From: an uncultured virus (IMG/VR IMGVR_UViG_3300042364_000900)
Lineage: Duplodnaviria > Heunggongvirae > Uroviricota > Caudoviricetes
Virus record (IMG/VR): IMGVR_UViG_3300042364_000900
Length of the DNA stretch: 64,000 bases
Strand: one strand, 5' to 3'
In this document: positions 27,881 through 37,824 of the stretch, in pieces
How the letters are laid out: each line of letters opens with the position of its first letter
Numbering within the stretch: the stretch's first letter is position 1
Made by a program: the position numbers and the translations under genes
Notes under the pieces: generated by a model
The model's database searches: none
The model's input: only the letters and a program-made list of their open reading frames with translations
Told to the model about the DNA's origin: nothing

Positions 27881-29341
27881 TCAGCGAAATGGGACTGCTG
27901 GCCCCCCATTGCCAGACACTGGGGGACGTGGCTGAATCGTGACGAATGGGTCAATTGGTTCGCCGTTGCGGCGGATTTCGAAATGCAGATGATTGCCAAA
28001 TGAGTGGCCTGTGTTGCCCATTTCCCCTAAATCCTGATTTTGCTCTACCTTTGTTCCTGGCGCGATGCTGTCCGCCACCTTCGACAAGTGAGCGTATCGG
28101 GTTTCATCGCCATTGGGGTGTTGAATAAAAACTCGATTGCCGTAGCCGCCTCCACAGTTTACGTCCCCCACTTGGCAATTACGAACCACGTCTTTCACGA
28201 TGCCATCGGCAGACGCGACAATTCTACGGTTGGAACCTGCCAGATCGATTCCCTTGTGGTTTGACCCGGTCGATGCCCTCCAGCCCATCCGTGAGATGCA
28301 GGCATTCCCGACGCAGGGATTGGCGTATTGCGTTGGCTGGGAGGTGACCGTAGGACGCGGCATCGGTGCAATGCCTTGATCTGGATTATTTAAAAATATC
28401 TGTGGCGGAGGAGTATTTGGATCTGGTTTGTATCCGTACAGTTCTGCCTGGATGCCGCCTGGTGATAGTGGATAGAAAATAATTTCATCGCAGGTATAAG
28501 TTCCGTCTAGATCTGTTGCGATGCCTTTTACTTCAAATGTTTTTTGGGCATCTAAATTCAGGATGGACGGGTCTGCGTAGACATTTAGTAAACAACGAAT
28601 TTCGTGAGATCTCAGGTTGTCGAGTGCGTGAAGGCCGAGTGCGTAGGAGAGTGCATCGCCTTGGGATTGTGGGTTGTGGATGCCCGCAATAGTTCTGGCG
28701 GATCCAGATCCAGGGTCAATGCAGCCAAGGCCAGCTCCTTGATTGATCGGCATTGCACCGATTGCGGATGGATCAATGCCTCGATCGAATAATTTAAGGC
28801 AGCGATCGACGGATGCCGAAAATTTGTCGAACCCGTTAAGTCCGCCATTGACAGCTTGACGCACGCCGCGCCAATCACCACGTTCTGCCGACCGTTGTGG
28901 ATTGTTGCCGGTTGCGCCTTTCCAGTACCACATAAAGATTCGGGCAGCGGTGGCTGGCTCCAGCGCCATATCTGGGTTAGCGGTGAGGCCCGGTATGTTG
29001 AGATCGCGTTCAGCCTTCCGGTAGTTACTTTCCCAAGTAAGTTGCACATAGCCCCTACCGAACCAGGGCGAATATGGAGCGGTTGTGCCGCCAATTTCAC
29101 GCACCGGGGCAAAACGTGGCAGTGTTTCTACATGGATTGTTGACATTATTGCGATCAACTGATTTCGGCTGGTTAGACCAGCCTCTGCCATCGCCCGCAG
29201 GATAAAGGGCAGGTTTCGTTCTAGTGTCCTACGTTCTGCATCTGGGAACGCCTGTAGCATCAAATCGACAGGCGGATATATTTGGCTCCCGGGAACCGGG
29301 ATCACGTCTGTTGATCGTTGTGGCGATATAGGGGTATTCAA
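27881..29341 (-). CDS. tail-associated lysin: GH19-like glycosidase + hub C-terminal-like domain + M23 peptidase
   Basis: HVET...[11 protein letters not shown]...VNGGLNG; middle [16 protein letters not shown]...YGN......H......YAHL...GNTGHS.G.HLHFEIR. Confidence 0.85.
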   Translation of the reverse strand: MNTPISPQRSTDVIPVPGSQIYPPVDLMLQAFPDAERRTLERNLPFILRAMAEAGLTSRNQLIAIMSTIHVETLPRFAPVREIGGTTAPYSPWFGRGYVQLTWESNYRKAERDLNIPGLTANPDMALEPATAARIFMWYWKGATGNNPQRSAERGDWRGVRQAVNGGLNGFDKFSASVDRCLKLFDRGIDPSAIGAMPINQGAGLGCIDPGSGSARTIAGIHNPQSQGDALSYALGLHALDNLRSHEIRCLLNVYADPSILNLDAQKTFEVKGIATDLDGTYTCDEIIFYPLSPGGIQAELYGYKPDPNTPPPQIFLNNPDQGIAPMPRPTVTSQPTQYANPCVGNACISRMGWRASTGSNHKGIDLAGSNRRIVASADGIVKDVVRNCQVGDVNCGGGYGNRVFIQHPNGDETRYAHLSKVADSIAPGTKVEQNQDLGEMGNTGHSFGNHLHFEIRRNGEPIDPFVTIQPRPPVSGNGGPAVPFR

Positions 29342-30543
29342 GTTCGGATTGGGTCAACCACTAAAGTGGACTGCACCTCTAGGAGATGCCATGGTTTAAT
29401 ATCGAGTTCTGCGATCGCTTGATCTGTGGTGGCGTGCTTTAGAGATATCTCCGGCACTCCGAAAATACCATTCTGTTTCTCACACGCGATCGCCACGGTT
29501 TGGTCAAAATTTTGATCTCCCCATTTCCCGTGTGGAGGGTTAACGGTTGTTGAGATAGCGGTAGCGACAAGGTTGAAAACGTCAGCGTTGGATAGATCTG
29601 GGCGTACCCGTGGTCGCAGGACGCCGTCAACTGGGATTACTTCGGCTGGTAACACTCGGATCTGGCGATTGCGCAATACACGTTCATCCAGGATTGCATC
29701 CACCGCCGAAGTCACCGCTGGGGGATATACCGCGACACTGACGAGACTTCCGAAGTAACCATTGACCCCAGGGTTTACCCCGACCATTACGTTAACAGCT
29801 TCAGCGCCCGCCAGCTTGGCTGCATAGTGATAATCCTGTGCCGCTACGCATCGCAGCCCTGTTTTGAAATTTTCACGGGTTCGCATAACTGCCTGGATCA
29901 ATGTTTCGGGTGGTCGCCCTGGATTGACAACTACCCCATCATTAAAAGCTGTCTCCACGAATGGCAGCGATCGCGGCAATACTGTAAATTCTCGAATCCG
30001 CACACTGGCAAGACTATTGACTTGGTTAAGTCGGCACGGCACCGTAACGAAATGGATACCCTCCTGCTCCGGTTGCCCGATCGACGCGACTCCTTGAGCT
30101 GTTTTGCTGGTGATGCTATAGCAAGACAAATTCGGGTTGAATTGGCTCCGAATCTCCACGTTCAGCGGAATTGTCATCGGAATATTGGCAGCGATCGCAT
30201 CCGGGGTACGGCGGAACACAACGTTGATGACTGGGTATTCGGCGGTCGATAGCGTGGTGCCAAGCATCCTGAGGATCAATATCCACAATCGATCTGGCAC
30301 ATGATTTAATTCCTGTGCCAACACATCTTGATGGAATGCGATCGCAGATGCCAATAGGGCATGGCCTGTTGTTGGGTCACGCGAGCTGAATGGCGACTCT
30401 TGCCCTGTTGGCAATGGCTGGGCAAGTCGATCCATTAATGCAGCGTATTGCTGTGCCACATCAATGTTGTATAGCGCGGGAGCTTGAATCAGATCAGGCT
30501 CTGCGTCCAAAAAAACGCTCAGATCAAAGTGTTGATCATACAT
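29338..30543 (-). CDS. baseplate J / gp6-like wedge protein
   Basis: ELNHVPD...LRMLG, TIP....I, GRPPETL.....R......RCVAAQDY. Confidence 0.8.
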   Translation of the reverse strand: MYDQHFDLSVFLDAEPDLIQAPALYNIDVAQQYAALMDRLAQPLPTGQESPFSSRDPTTGHALLASAIAFHQDVLAQELNHVPDRLWILILRMLGTTLSTAEYPVINVVFRRTPDAIAANIPMTIPLNVEIRSQFNPNLSCYSITSKTAQGVASIGQPEQEGIHFVTVPCRLNQVNSLASVRIREFTVLPRSLPFVETAFNDGVVVNPGRPPETLIQAVMRTRENFKTGLRCVAAQDYHYAAKLAGAEAVNVMVGVNPGVNGYFGSLVSVAVYPPAVTSAVDAILDERVLRNRQIRVLPAEVIPVDGVLRPRVRPDLSNADVFNLVATAISTTVNPPHGKWGDQNFDQTVAIACEKQNGIFGVPEISLKHATTDQAIAELDIKPWHLLEVQSTLVVDPIRT

Positions 30544-30548
30544 TGCAG

Positions 30549-31010
30549 TTACCGACTGAGGCGGAACCTTTCGCCGTTGATTTGAATTGAGTCCAAAAAA
30601 TCATCTATCCCTTGACTCCAGATGGCACCTTGATATTGGTAATAGCCAAAGGTAAGGAAATTGGTATCTGGTTGAGACTTTGGGATAAACCGAATAACGG
30701 TAGAAATAGAATTTCGTTCTTCGGCAATTGTATCAACCCGCAGGCTCTGGATGCCTGTTACCCATTTGGCAATTTCTTGCTCAGCCTGCCATGCCCAGTA
30801 ATTTGGTGCGTAGCCAGACAATGGTTCAAAAATCTCCAGGGACATCCCCATGTCCGGGTGGAGTGGATTTTCGCCACGTCGTAGCAAGCAAATTGTCAGG
30901 ATATCATGAGTGATTTTTTTGGTTCCGCTCACAATATTCAATCCTGCTACACCTGGATCCCATAAGGTCCAGGCTTGGCCAACGTAGGGATATAAATTGA
31001 GTCCAACCAT
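30549..31010 (-). CDS. gpW/gp25-like baseplate wedge (sheath initiator)
   Basis: I..DIL......RGE.P.HPD.G......FEP. Confidence 0.75.
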   Translation of the reverse strand: MVGLNLYPYVGQAWTLWDPGVAGLNIVSGTKKITHDILTICLLRRGENPLHPDMGMSLEIFEPLSGYAPNYWAWQAEQEIAKWVTGIQSLRVDTIAEERNSISTVIRFIPKSQPDTNFLTFGYYQYQGAIWSQGIDDFLDSIQINGERFRLSR

Positions 31011-31042
31011 TTTAGGCTATCAACAGTAAATTCTGAATACCC

Positions 31043-33247
31043 TCAAAAGATAGGGCGAATGTATGGGCGAACCGTAACTGGCTCAAAATTGTAGTTTTCG
31101 ATAATAACACCATTTTTGTATAGCGTCCCCACCCGCACCCCTGGGATATTTTCTAAAATCCCGGCAGTATAGTTGGCTGGATCGATCAACAGTTCGTTTT
31201 GTGGCTGTACAATCACATCTCCCATTGCAATCCGATCAACTCTATCCAAAACCATCGTGTTGTTACTTAAATTCACAGATTGAATGATCACTTCAGCCCG
31301 ATCTGCGTATTCCGGTGATACAACAAAAGCGCGGGTCTCTGTAAAAGATAAGACTGATCCCCCTACCTTTATCGTCCTAGTCGCAGGCGTAACCTCAGTA
31401 ATTGTCTGTTGCTCAACTGGATCATACGGAAACCGAACCGATACAAATGATGGCCAATCGACATTGCCATATGCCAGGTAATGACCCTCCAAAATGCCAG
31501 CTACAGAATCCAGCGTAATGTTTACATTGCGGCTATTTGGAATCGTGGCGATCGCCTCAATAGTGCAACGGGCGATTACCACTGCACCACTGCCAACAAC
31601 TCCATTGCCCCATCCACCACCGGGCACCCCCAGCGGCACTGCTGTGGCGAATCCTGAAAAGCCAAGAATAGATACTGGTTGCAAATTTATGTAGCCCTGG
31701 CCAGACTCAACCGTTACGACCCTGCTGTTGCGATTTACCGACAGGATACCGTAATTTGCGATCGGGCGATTCATGCCAGGAATTGTCACGGGGTTTAGCT
31801 GGATCAATGGTTGATGAGAAGAGATAAGCGACGGCTGGACTGCTGGATTATTGAATAGGTCAGCGGCCTCTTGTTGAAGAGTTTCTCCAATCGAAACTTC
31901 CCCATCCAACAACATTGAGTCCATCACGACAATGGTTCGAAGGGCACGCACCCCCTCTGATGTTGCATTCAGGGCAACATTGCTACTGGAGATGTAGTTT
32001 ACCAATGAAGTGCGCGCTACCAAGATATTATTAACTGCGATCCGCAATGTGGCAGATTCTTCGGCAACCTGCACCCAGATTTTTACATCCTTGGCAGGCA
32101 ATGGATCCGGCAGTGTTACAATTGCTGTGCCTGCCTGTACAGTCAACTTACTTTGATTGATCGAAAGACGGAAATTGCCTGATTCTAGAAGGTTGCCGTC
32201 CCCCCGCCACAACTTTAAATCAACAAATACTGCAAATGTTTTGAGACCATTGATTGGACTGTTTCGCCACCGCAAAATATCCCCAGATCGGATATTCATT
32301 GTATCTCGTTGATAGATCATGGAGGTGCGAAAAGGTAGTGGTTCCACCTGCACTCCACCCCAGTCCATAACCGCAGATCGCTCACAATAAACTTCAAGTT
32401 CAACAGACTGTAGAGCTGGTCTTTCGATATTTAATCTTGTTGAAACTGTTGCGCCATCAAGGATTAAGTTTGTTGCCTCTAGGGTCAACGTTACGCTTCC
32501 GCCAGTCGCCGACGCTGTATTGTCGGTGATGCTATAGTAGACGGTTTCAGCCATCGCCTCAAACTGCGCCCGACCACCAACCAGATCCCCAGCTTGAACT
32601 GTATAGTTTGGGATCGCTACCGTGACGGTTGTGGTGGTGACAGCACTCACGACGTATCCACCATCATGGACAACATTCGGTGGCAATGTGGGCTGACGTC
32701 CCTGCGTTACAAAACTGGCTTCAAGGAATCGATAACGCCCCGTAAAATTATTTAAAAACGATAGGCTAACGGATGGCGATCCCACCACCCCCCCGGTTAT
32801 CCTCATTACGTCCAACGGGGCAAACTGCCCTGCGACCAGTCGCAGCAGTCCTGACATTGTGTAGGCTTGACCCGCTGGTAGCTGCATTGAATATCTCAGC
32901 ACCTGGGTATTCCCTGTCCCTGGTATCCACACGACCCTGTCGGCTAGATAGCTGCCGTCTGGCCCCTTTGCCTCGTCAGGTTGCACCACGATATTTGAAC
33001 CCTTGATCCAGAGAGGATTTAACAGGTTCATATTATGAAAAACAAAATTTTGGCCGATTGGTTCCAGGTGAATCGAGCTATCTTCTGGGTAAAAAGCTGG
33101 AGCATAAGCATTGACTGGATACAATTGCACCGATCCATCAATCTCTTGCTCCAATAACATCGACCCGGATCGACTAAAATTTACATCCCGCCCTTGCACC
33201 AAATCGTAGATGCTACTATCGATCGCAAAAATATCACGCCGTACCAT
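31043..33247 (-). CDS. virion structural protein with carbohydrate-binding/LamG-like regions (tail fibre or spike)
   Basis: FSRSGS, QNFV..N...W, WGGVQVE....TS.I; beta-rich. Confidence 0.6.
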   Translation of the reverse strand: MVRRDIFAIDSSIYDLVQGRDVNFSRSGSMLLEQEIDGSVQLYPVNAYAPAFYPEDSSIHLEPIGQNFVFHNMNLLNPLWIKGSNIVVQPDEAKGPDGSYLADRVVWIPGTGNTQVLRYSMQLPAGQAYTMSGLLRLVAGQFAPLDVMRITGGVVGSPSVSLSFLNNFTGRYRFLEASFVTQGRQPTLPPNVVHDGGYVVSAVTTTTVTVAIPNYTVQAGDLVGGRAQFEAMAETVYYSITDNTASATGGSVTLTLEATNLILDGATVSTRLNIERPALQSVELEVYCERSAVMDWGGVQVEPLPFRTSMIYQRDTMNIRSGDILRWRNSPINGLKTFAVFVDLKLWRGDGNLLESGNFRLSINQSKLTVQAGTAIVTLPDPLPAKDVKIWVQVAEESATLRIAVNNILVARTSLVNYISSSNVALNATSEGVRALRTIVVMDSMLLDGEVSIGETLQQEAADLFNNPAVQPSLISSHQPLIQLNPVTIPGMNRPIANYGILSVNRNSRVVTVESGQGYINLQPVSILGFSGFATAVPLGVPGGGWGNGVVGSGAVVIARCTIEAIATIPNSRNVNITLDSVAGILEGHYLAYGNVDWPSFVSVRFPYDPVEQQTITEVTPATRTIKVGGSVLSFTETRAFVVSPEYADRAEVIIQSVNLSNNTMVLDRVDRIAMGDVIVQPQNELLIDPANYTAGILENIPGVRVGTLYKNGVIIENYNFEPVTVRPYIRPIF

Positions 33248-34037
33248 CTACTGCGCCTCCAAGGGTATTGCGACGACCCTGCTGTTGAACAACAAATTTG
33301 TTCGGCTCAATAATCTGAGCTGCCATCAACAGCACTTCATTTTGCTGCTCTGGCGATAACCCAGACAATATTTGCAACATATTTACCTTTGCCTGATCTA
33401 TCGTAATCCCGTGCCGCAGCTCGACCTCTCGTTGGAGCAACAGGGATCGTTCAGATGTATCCAAGTGCGCGATCGCATTGGCGACCGTTACGGGTAAGCC
33501 GTTTTGTGCGGCCCACACTTCTGCCGCCACCATCCAGGCGGTTGCCTCCAGTGCTGCGGGAGGTGTAAATTCTGCCTGGATTTCTTCAAATCCTTTACCA
33601 AGCAGATCATCTTGATGTGCCGCAGAGATTCGACTATGTTCCTTTTTACAGATTTCCAGTTCAAATAATGCATCGCGGATCAACGGCTCTGACCGCTTTA
33701 GATCCAGTTCTAAATCCTCTATCTCTTGCTTCACTCTCTGTGCTCGAGTGGCAATCAATCCGCCTAACCATAGAAAGTGGTTTAGCCATTTGATGTGCTG
33801 CCTCAGGCTATTTAATTTTGCCTGCGTACCTCGTTGCAGCCGTTGGTTGTGGAGTAGATCAGCCTCTTTTGCCTGGATTTCAACCTCCGCTTGCCGGAGA
33901 CCTAAAAACCAGTGAATGCGTTCCATCTGCCCAATAATAAATCGAGTGCCCCAAAGCCCATTGGGGCTATAGTGTGCAATTGGCATTGATGCTGTCGCAC
34001 TAAACTGCATCAGAGATCTACGAAAATCCTGCACCAT
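33234..34037 (-). CDS. coiled-coil protein, possible fibre-associated chaperone
   Basis: Long heptad region; coupled to its neighbours. Confidence 0.55.
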   Translation of the reverse strand: MVQDFRRSLMQFSATASMPIAHYSPNGLWGTRFIIGQMERIHWFLGLRQAEVEIQAKEADLLHNQRLQRGTQAKLNSLRQHIKWLNHFLWLGGLIATRAQRVKQEIEDLELDLKRSEPLIRDALFELEICKKEHSRISAAHQDDLLGKGFEEIQAEFTPPAALEATAWMVAAEVWAAQNGLPVTVANAIAHLDTSERSLLLQREVELRHGITIDQAKVNMLQILSGLSPEQQNEVLLMAAQIIEPNKFVVQQQGRRNTLGGAVDGTA

Positions 34038-35268
34038 AATCCGAAACTGCTCCCATATCTGATTGCTGCTGTGATAGCTGTGCGGCTATCCTGCGATTTG
34101 GCTCCGGGACAATCCCGTAATCTACCCTGTCAATTGTACGGGTTCCAACCGGCTGGGTTGAGTGACCCCCTAAAGTGTATCCTCCATAGTGATCGCCTGT
34201 CCCAACAGCGCAGGTACGAGATTCTGTCAACTTTGCCGCCAGTATTGCAGGTGTCTCGGTTGCGAATGAAAACTTTGTGATCAGATCGCTATGGTAAACC
34301 CCGTTGATGTGGCCAGTATTGTGGCCACCCGTCAAAAATGCTTTTGTTTTATTGCCGAACGCAGCATGGACAAGGTGAAAATTGCTTTGAGTGATGGTTG
34401 TGCCGAGCATTGCTATCAGCTCAGGGATTGTTGGAAAGTAAATCCTCTCAATAGTATTGAGAGGAACATCATTTACGCTATTAGCGCCACCACTATATAT
34501 GTATCCATAGGATGCACTACAAAGACCATTGTGCGGAGAGATCCGTCTGGCCGACAGAAAGTCAGCCACGTATGCTACCACTATCGGGGGACCAAACGAA
34601 ACACGTTGCAGATGACGTGTCGCAACTCGCCAGTTGCCACCACCACCTACAACTAGCCCCTTGCTTCGATCCTGTATCCCACCGGTCGCACCGATCCTTG
34701 GTTGCACCATGCTGGTGCCAGAACGCGCTGCTGTTTTGGATGCATATCGATACACATCAATGATGACACTCCCGTTTACCCCGCTGCAGAACAAGCCTTG
34801 CTCCTGGTTCCCAACAGTTGCGGTATACACTTTGTTCTCAGATAATCGCGTCGTTAATGCCTCAATCGCCTGATTGCTATAGGTCAATTGATCCAGGCGG
34901 TCAAAGCCAGACGTTAAATTGTAACCACCTCCAAAAACCCCCACTGTCCCGGTTGTGCTGGGCTGCACCATCGGGGCGGTCGGTTGCACCACATTTGTAG
35001 GCGGTGTCAGTGGCGGCGGATCAACTGGCGCGGGCGGCGCGGGCGGCGGCACAAATCTACCTACTGAAAGAATTGGCATCAACCCAGGGACTGCCCACAA
35101 CCTCAAATTCTGCACCCCAACTGTCTGCTGTCCATTAATCCGCCGCGTATTCGCCTGCTGCCTAGCGGTGGCGATCGCCTCAGCATTTAGCCGCCTCACC
35201 GCATCTGCCAGGTCATCGCGCACCTGCACATCAAAATCATTTGGAAATAGCAGTGGATTAACCATCAC
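34018..35268 (-). CDS. Kelch-like beta-propeller protein with Pro-rich linker (putative receptor-binding protein)
   Basis: Six or more repeats of the form G...GG......I....(F/Y)......L...L...R. Confidence 0.65.
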   Translation of the reverse strand: MMVNPLLFPNDFDVQVRDDLADAVRRLNAEAIATARQQANTRRINGQQTVGVQNLRLWAVPGLMPILSVGRFVPPPAPPAPVDPPPLTPPTNVVQPTAPMVQPSTTGTVGVFGGGYNLTSGFDRLDQLTYSNQAIEALTTRLSENKVYTATVGNQEQGLFCSGVNGSVIIDVYRYASKTAARSGTSMVQPRIGATGGIQDRSKGLVVGGGGNWRVATRHLQRVSFGPPIVVAYVADFLSARRISPHNGLCSASYGYIYSGGANSVNDVPLNTIERIYFPTIPELIAMLGTTITQSNFHLVHAAFGNKTKAFLTGGHNTGHINGVYHSDLITKFSFATETPAILAAKLTESRTCAVGTGDHYGGYTLGGHSTQPVGTRTIDRVDYGIVPEPNRRIAAQLSQQQSDMGAVSDYGAGFS

Positions 35269-37451
35269 GTTCTAAATAAATCAATTGCAGTACCCTGGTC
35301 GCTGTCAGCCACACAATTCTCGCCACCCCTCGTATTTCGCACCATCACCACTATTCGACGATCGCCATTCGATTGTTGGGCCACGAACGAAACAACAATC
35401 TGAAATTCTGCATTATTCTGTAGGATTGGGCCACGGAAACCGATCATTTGCCCATTTGCCAGTAGCCGAATCGATAATGATCGAGGTTGTGGATTTTGCG
35501 CCGCCTGCGCCGACAAAATTTGTCCAGGCATCGGCAGCGCCAGTCCAGAACCGGAAATTAATGGCAATTGCCGCAGCGTAACAGGCCCTGGGTACGGCTC
35601 ACCCGCTAGTTGCACCGGTGCATTTAGCCGAAAGGCTGGTACTCCACCTGATACGATAGGCAGATGCATTGCAATCGGCGATAGCCGAGTTTCTGCATCT
35701 CCTTGAAATACAGATCCACCTCCCCCTTGGGTATGGATAAAACATAATGGCCTAGACACGATCGTCGCGCCATTGATCCATTCCACTTCACTGGTTCCTT
35801 GGTAATCAGGAACAAGCATCATGAATTGCCAGACATCTACTGGGGCAGGGGCTTCATATATCAACGCATTGAATGTGGTGCTTGGCGTCACCCCGGTAAC
35901 GATCGGACGATCAATGCGTCCAGGTCGTCCCTGGATAAATGCAAAATTGCCACGCGCATCATCTGGAATCACCAGAATGCCTGCACTGCTGGACGTAACG
36001 GAAACCTTTTTTAGAATGTAGTGCAATGCGGCTCGCTCAGGCCCAAACACTCCGATATAGGTACCGTTACCAGCAGGTTCCGTGTATTCTGTCAAATCAT
36101 TAGATGCCGCATCCCGCAGGTTGCCAGCCGATAGCTGAATGCTGTTGCGCCACCAATTCAAAACTTGTCGGAACGGAATTGAGAAGCCGCTGCCCGCCGG
36201 GTAAAAAATCCCTGGCGAGCAATAAACCCGTTGCCCCGGCAAAATGCTGCTATTCGCATCACCCTCCCACACCAACGCGTTGGGGCTGCCGAGCTGGCGA
36301 AACGTGCCACGTTCCGACTGCTCTATTCCGTCTTGCGAATAGATCCGATGATCCAGTCGATTGGCTGAAAAAAAACTTCCCTGGATCGGGCTATTGAGCG
36401 ATACCGTGATCAATGCTCGGCCAAAGCCATTATCTGTCGCCGCATCAATCCGGATCGCTGCCCGTTTTTCGATAATCGCTTGATTGCTAAATGAAACACG
36501 TTGCCCATTGGCGATGCAGGCCGTTCCATTCGGAGCTCCTGCGCCCACTCCCGGAAAACTTGAATTTCCGCCATTCGGGCCGGCACTCAGGTTTTGTACC
36601 GCATAGTCAAACCCCTTACCACCACCAGCACTACCTGAAAAAATTTCCCGCATCCTTCTCAGGTGCAATGATTCCAGATCCTCATCCCGCCCGGATGGCC
36701 CAGTCAACAATAAATTAAACTGTGGATTCAGGCCAGCCTCACCAGTCGGCCCGTGGATATATCCAAAATTGTTGTGTCGCTGTGCTCGTCGCACCGCAAC
36801 CAGTTCCAGAATATTTACACTATCCCGGAAAATTTTGTATCCGTATGCACCCAGGTTTGGATCTCGTCCATAAACCCGATACTCGCCCAACTGAAACCCA
36901 ATTCCCGATGTATCGGGAATTGTTAAAACATCAGTAGATGGCAACGCATTTAAAAAATTAGCGACCCCGATCTCTGTCGCAGACCACACCACTACCCAGA
37001 ATGCGCGCATCCGCCGCGTATTCTCTTTGGTCGTTGTCGCAATCTCTTCCCCATCCTCGGTATAGTCAAATGTGTACTGCCCCAATACCGGATCCTGGAC
37101 TTCCCCAACCTCGCTAACAAACGTAACAATATACAACCGATCTGTGCGCAGCAAACTCTGGCCACTATCAGCGATCGCCGGAACCGTTACGCTGGTATCA
37201 ATCTGCAACACCCCTGGGTAGCCCGGGACGATCGCCTGCCCTCCCGAAATATTTATCTGTCGGGTTCCGGATATGGAAAAACCAGGATGTTTTAACCACC
37301 CTGGTTTTTGGCTTGACGCAGCCAAGCTTCTTGAAATTTTGCTCGCCAGCGAGAGTTCGTCAGCTGTCGGCACCCTCGGATCGTGCTCCGACATCGGTGC
37401 GACAAAAATTACTCCTACATCATTCTCTCGCTGATCTAAAGGACCTGCCAT
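35265..37451 (-). CDS. large virion/baseplate structural protein
   Basis: 728 aa, beta-rich, RTDRLYIV..V.EV motif; first gene of the minus-strand tail block. Confidence 0.5.
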   Translation of the reverse strand: MAGPLDQRENDVGVIFVAPMSEHDPRVPTADELSLASKISRSLAASSQKPGWLKHPGFSISGTRQINISGGQAIVPGYPGVLQIDTSVTVPAIADSGQSLLRTDRLYIVTFVSEVGEVQDPVLGQYTFDYTEDGEEIATTTKENTRRMRAFWVVVWSATEIGVANFLNALPSTDVLTIPDTSGIGFQLGEYRVYGRDPNLGAYGYKIFRDSVNILELVAVRRAQRHNNFGYIHGPTGEAGLNPQFNLLLTGPSGRDEDLESLHLRRMREIFSGSAGGGKGFDYAVQNLSAGPNGGNSSFPGVGAGAPNGTACIANGQRVSFSNQAIIEKRAAIRIDAATDNGFGRALITVSLNSPIQGSFFSANRLDHRIYSQDGIEQSERGTFRQLGSPNALVWEGDANSSILPGQRVYCSPGIFYPAGSGFSIPFRQVLNWWRNSIQLSAGNLRDAASNDLTEYTEPAGNGTYIGVFGPERAALHYILKKVSVTSSSAGILVIPDDARGNFAFIQGRPGRIDRPIVTGVTPSTTFNALIYEAPAPVDVWQFMMLVPDYQGTSEVEWINGATIVSRPLCFIHTQGGGGSVFQGDAETRLSPIAMHLPIVSGGVPAFRLNAPVQLAGEPYPGPVTLRQLPLISGSGLALPMPGQILSAQAAQNPQPRSLSIRLLANGQMIGFRGPILQNNAEFQIVVSFVAQQSNGDRRIVVMVRNTRGGENCVADSDQGTAIDLFRT

Positions 37452-37548
37452 CTTGGTTCTCTATAGCTAGGTCCCCGCTAAGAGATACCTTAATTTACCA
37501 TGTTACCCCATTGCTAGCATCGGTGATCGCCTGTCCGCAGCCCCTATT

Positions 37549-37607
37549 ATCTAAACCTCCGAGATACCCCGCCGTGTGGACGGACGGGGTATCTCGGAGG
37601 TTTAGAT
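37549..37607. repeat. IS605 left-end-derived palindrome with 23-bp arms
   Basis: The arm ATCTAAACCTCCGAGATACCCC is identical to 27089-27110. Confidence 0.75.
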
Positions 37608-37631
37608 GAATCTGCCCCTCTGTCACTTTGG

Positions 37632-37740
37632 TTTTATATCCTGATATAAAATTGTCACAAGTGAGCTAGAAGCGCAACCCCAGCTAGAAGCGCAACCCCA
37701 GATCGCCCGATTCTCGAAAATTTTATATTTTGATATAAAA
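37632..37740. promoter_or_regulatory. two palindromic operator-like sites flanking an 18-bp tandem repeat in the divergent tail promoter region
   Basis: TTTTATATCCTGATATAAAA at 37632, TTTTATATTTTGATATAAAA at 37721, AGCTAGAAGCGCAACCCC x2 at 37664-37699. Confidence 0.7.
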
Positions 37741-37824
37741 CCATTGGGGTTTCTATTGCCCCCACAAAAGACCTAAAATGTCCCCAAAGGGATAGGCTTT
37801 AGCGAGCACTCCAGGCGCGGTGGA

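Noticed and set aside
22106..37451. Stand-alone eCIS/tailocin or T6SS locus
   Set aside because: Terminase subunits, a replication initiator and a TP901-type tape measure nearby indicate a phage.
21010..37607. Simple IS-mediated inversion of the baseplate block
   Set aside because: Flipping the block does not restore canonical order, and the divergent region at 37451-37825 carries paired operators consistent with a native layout.
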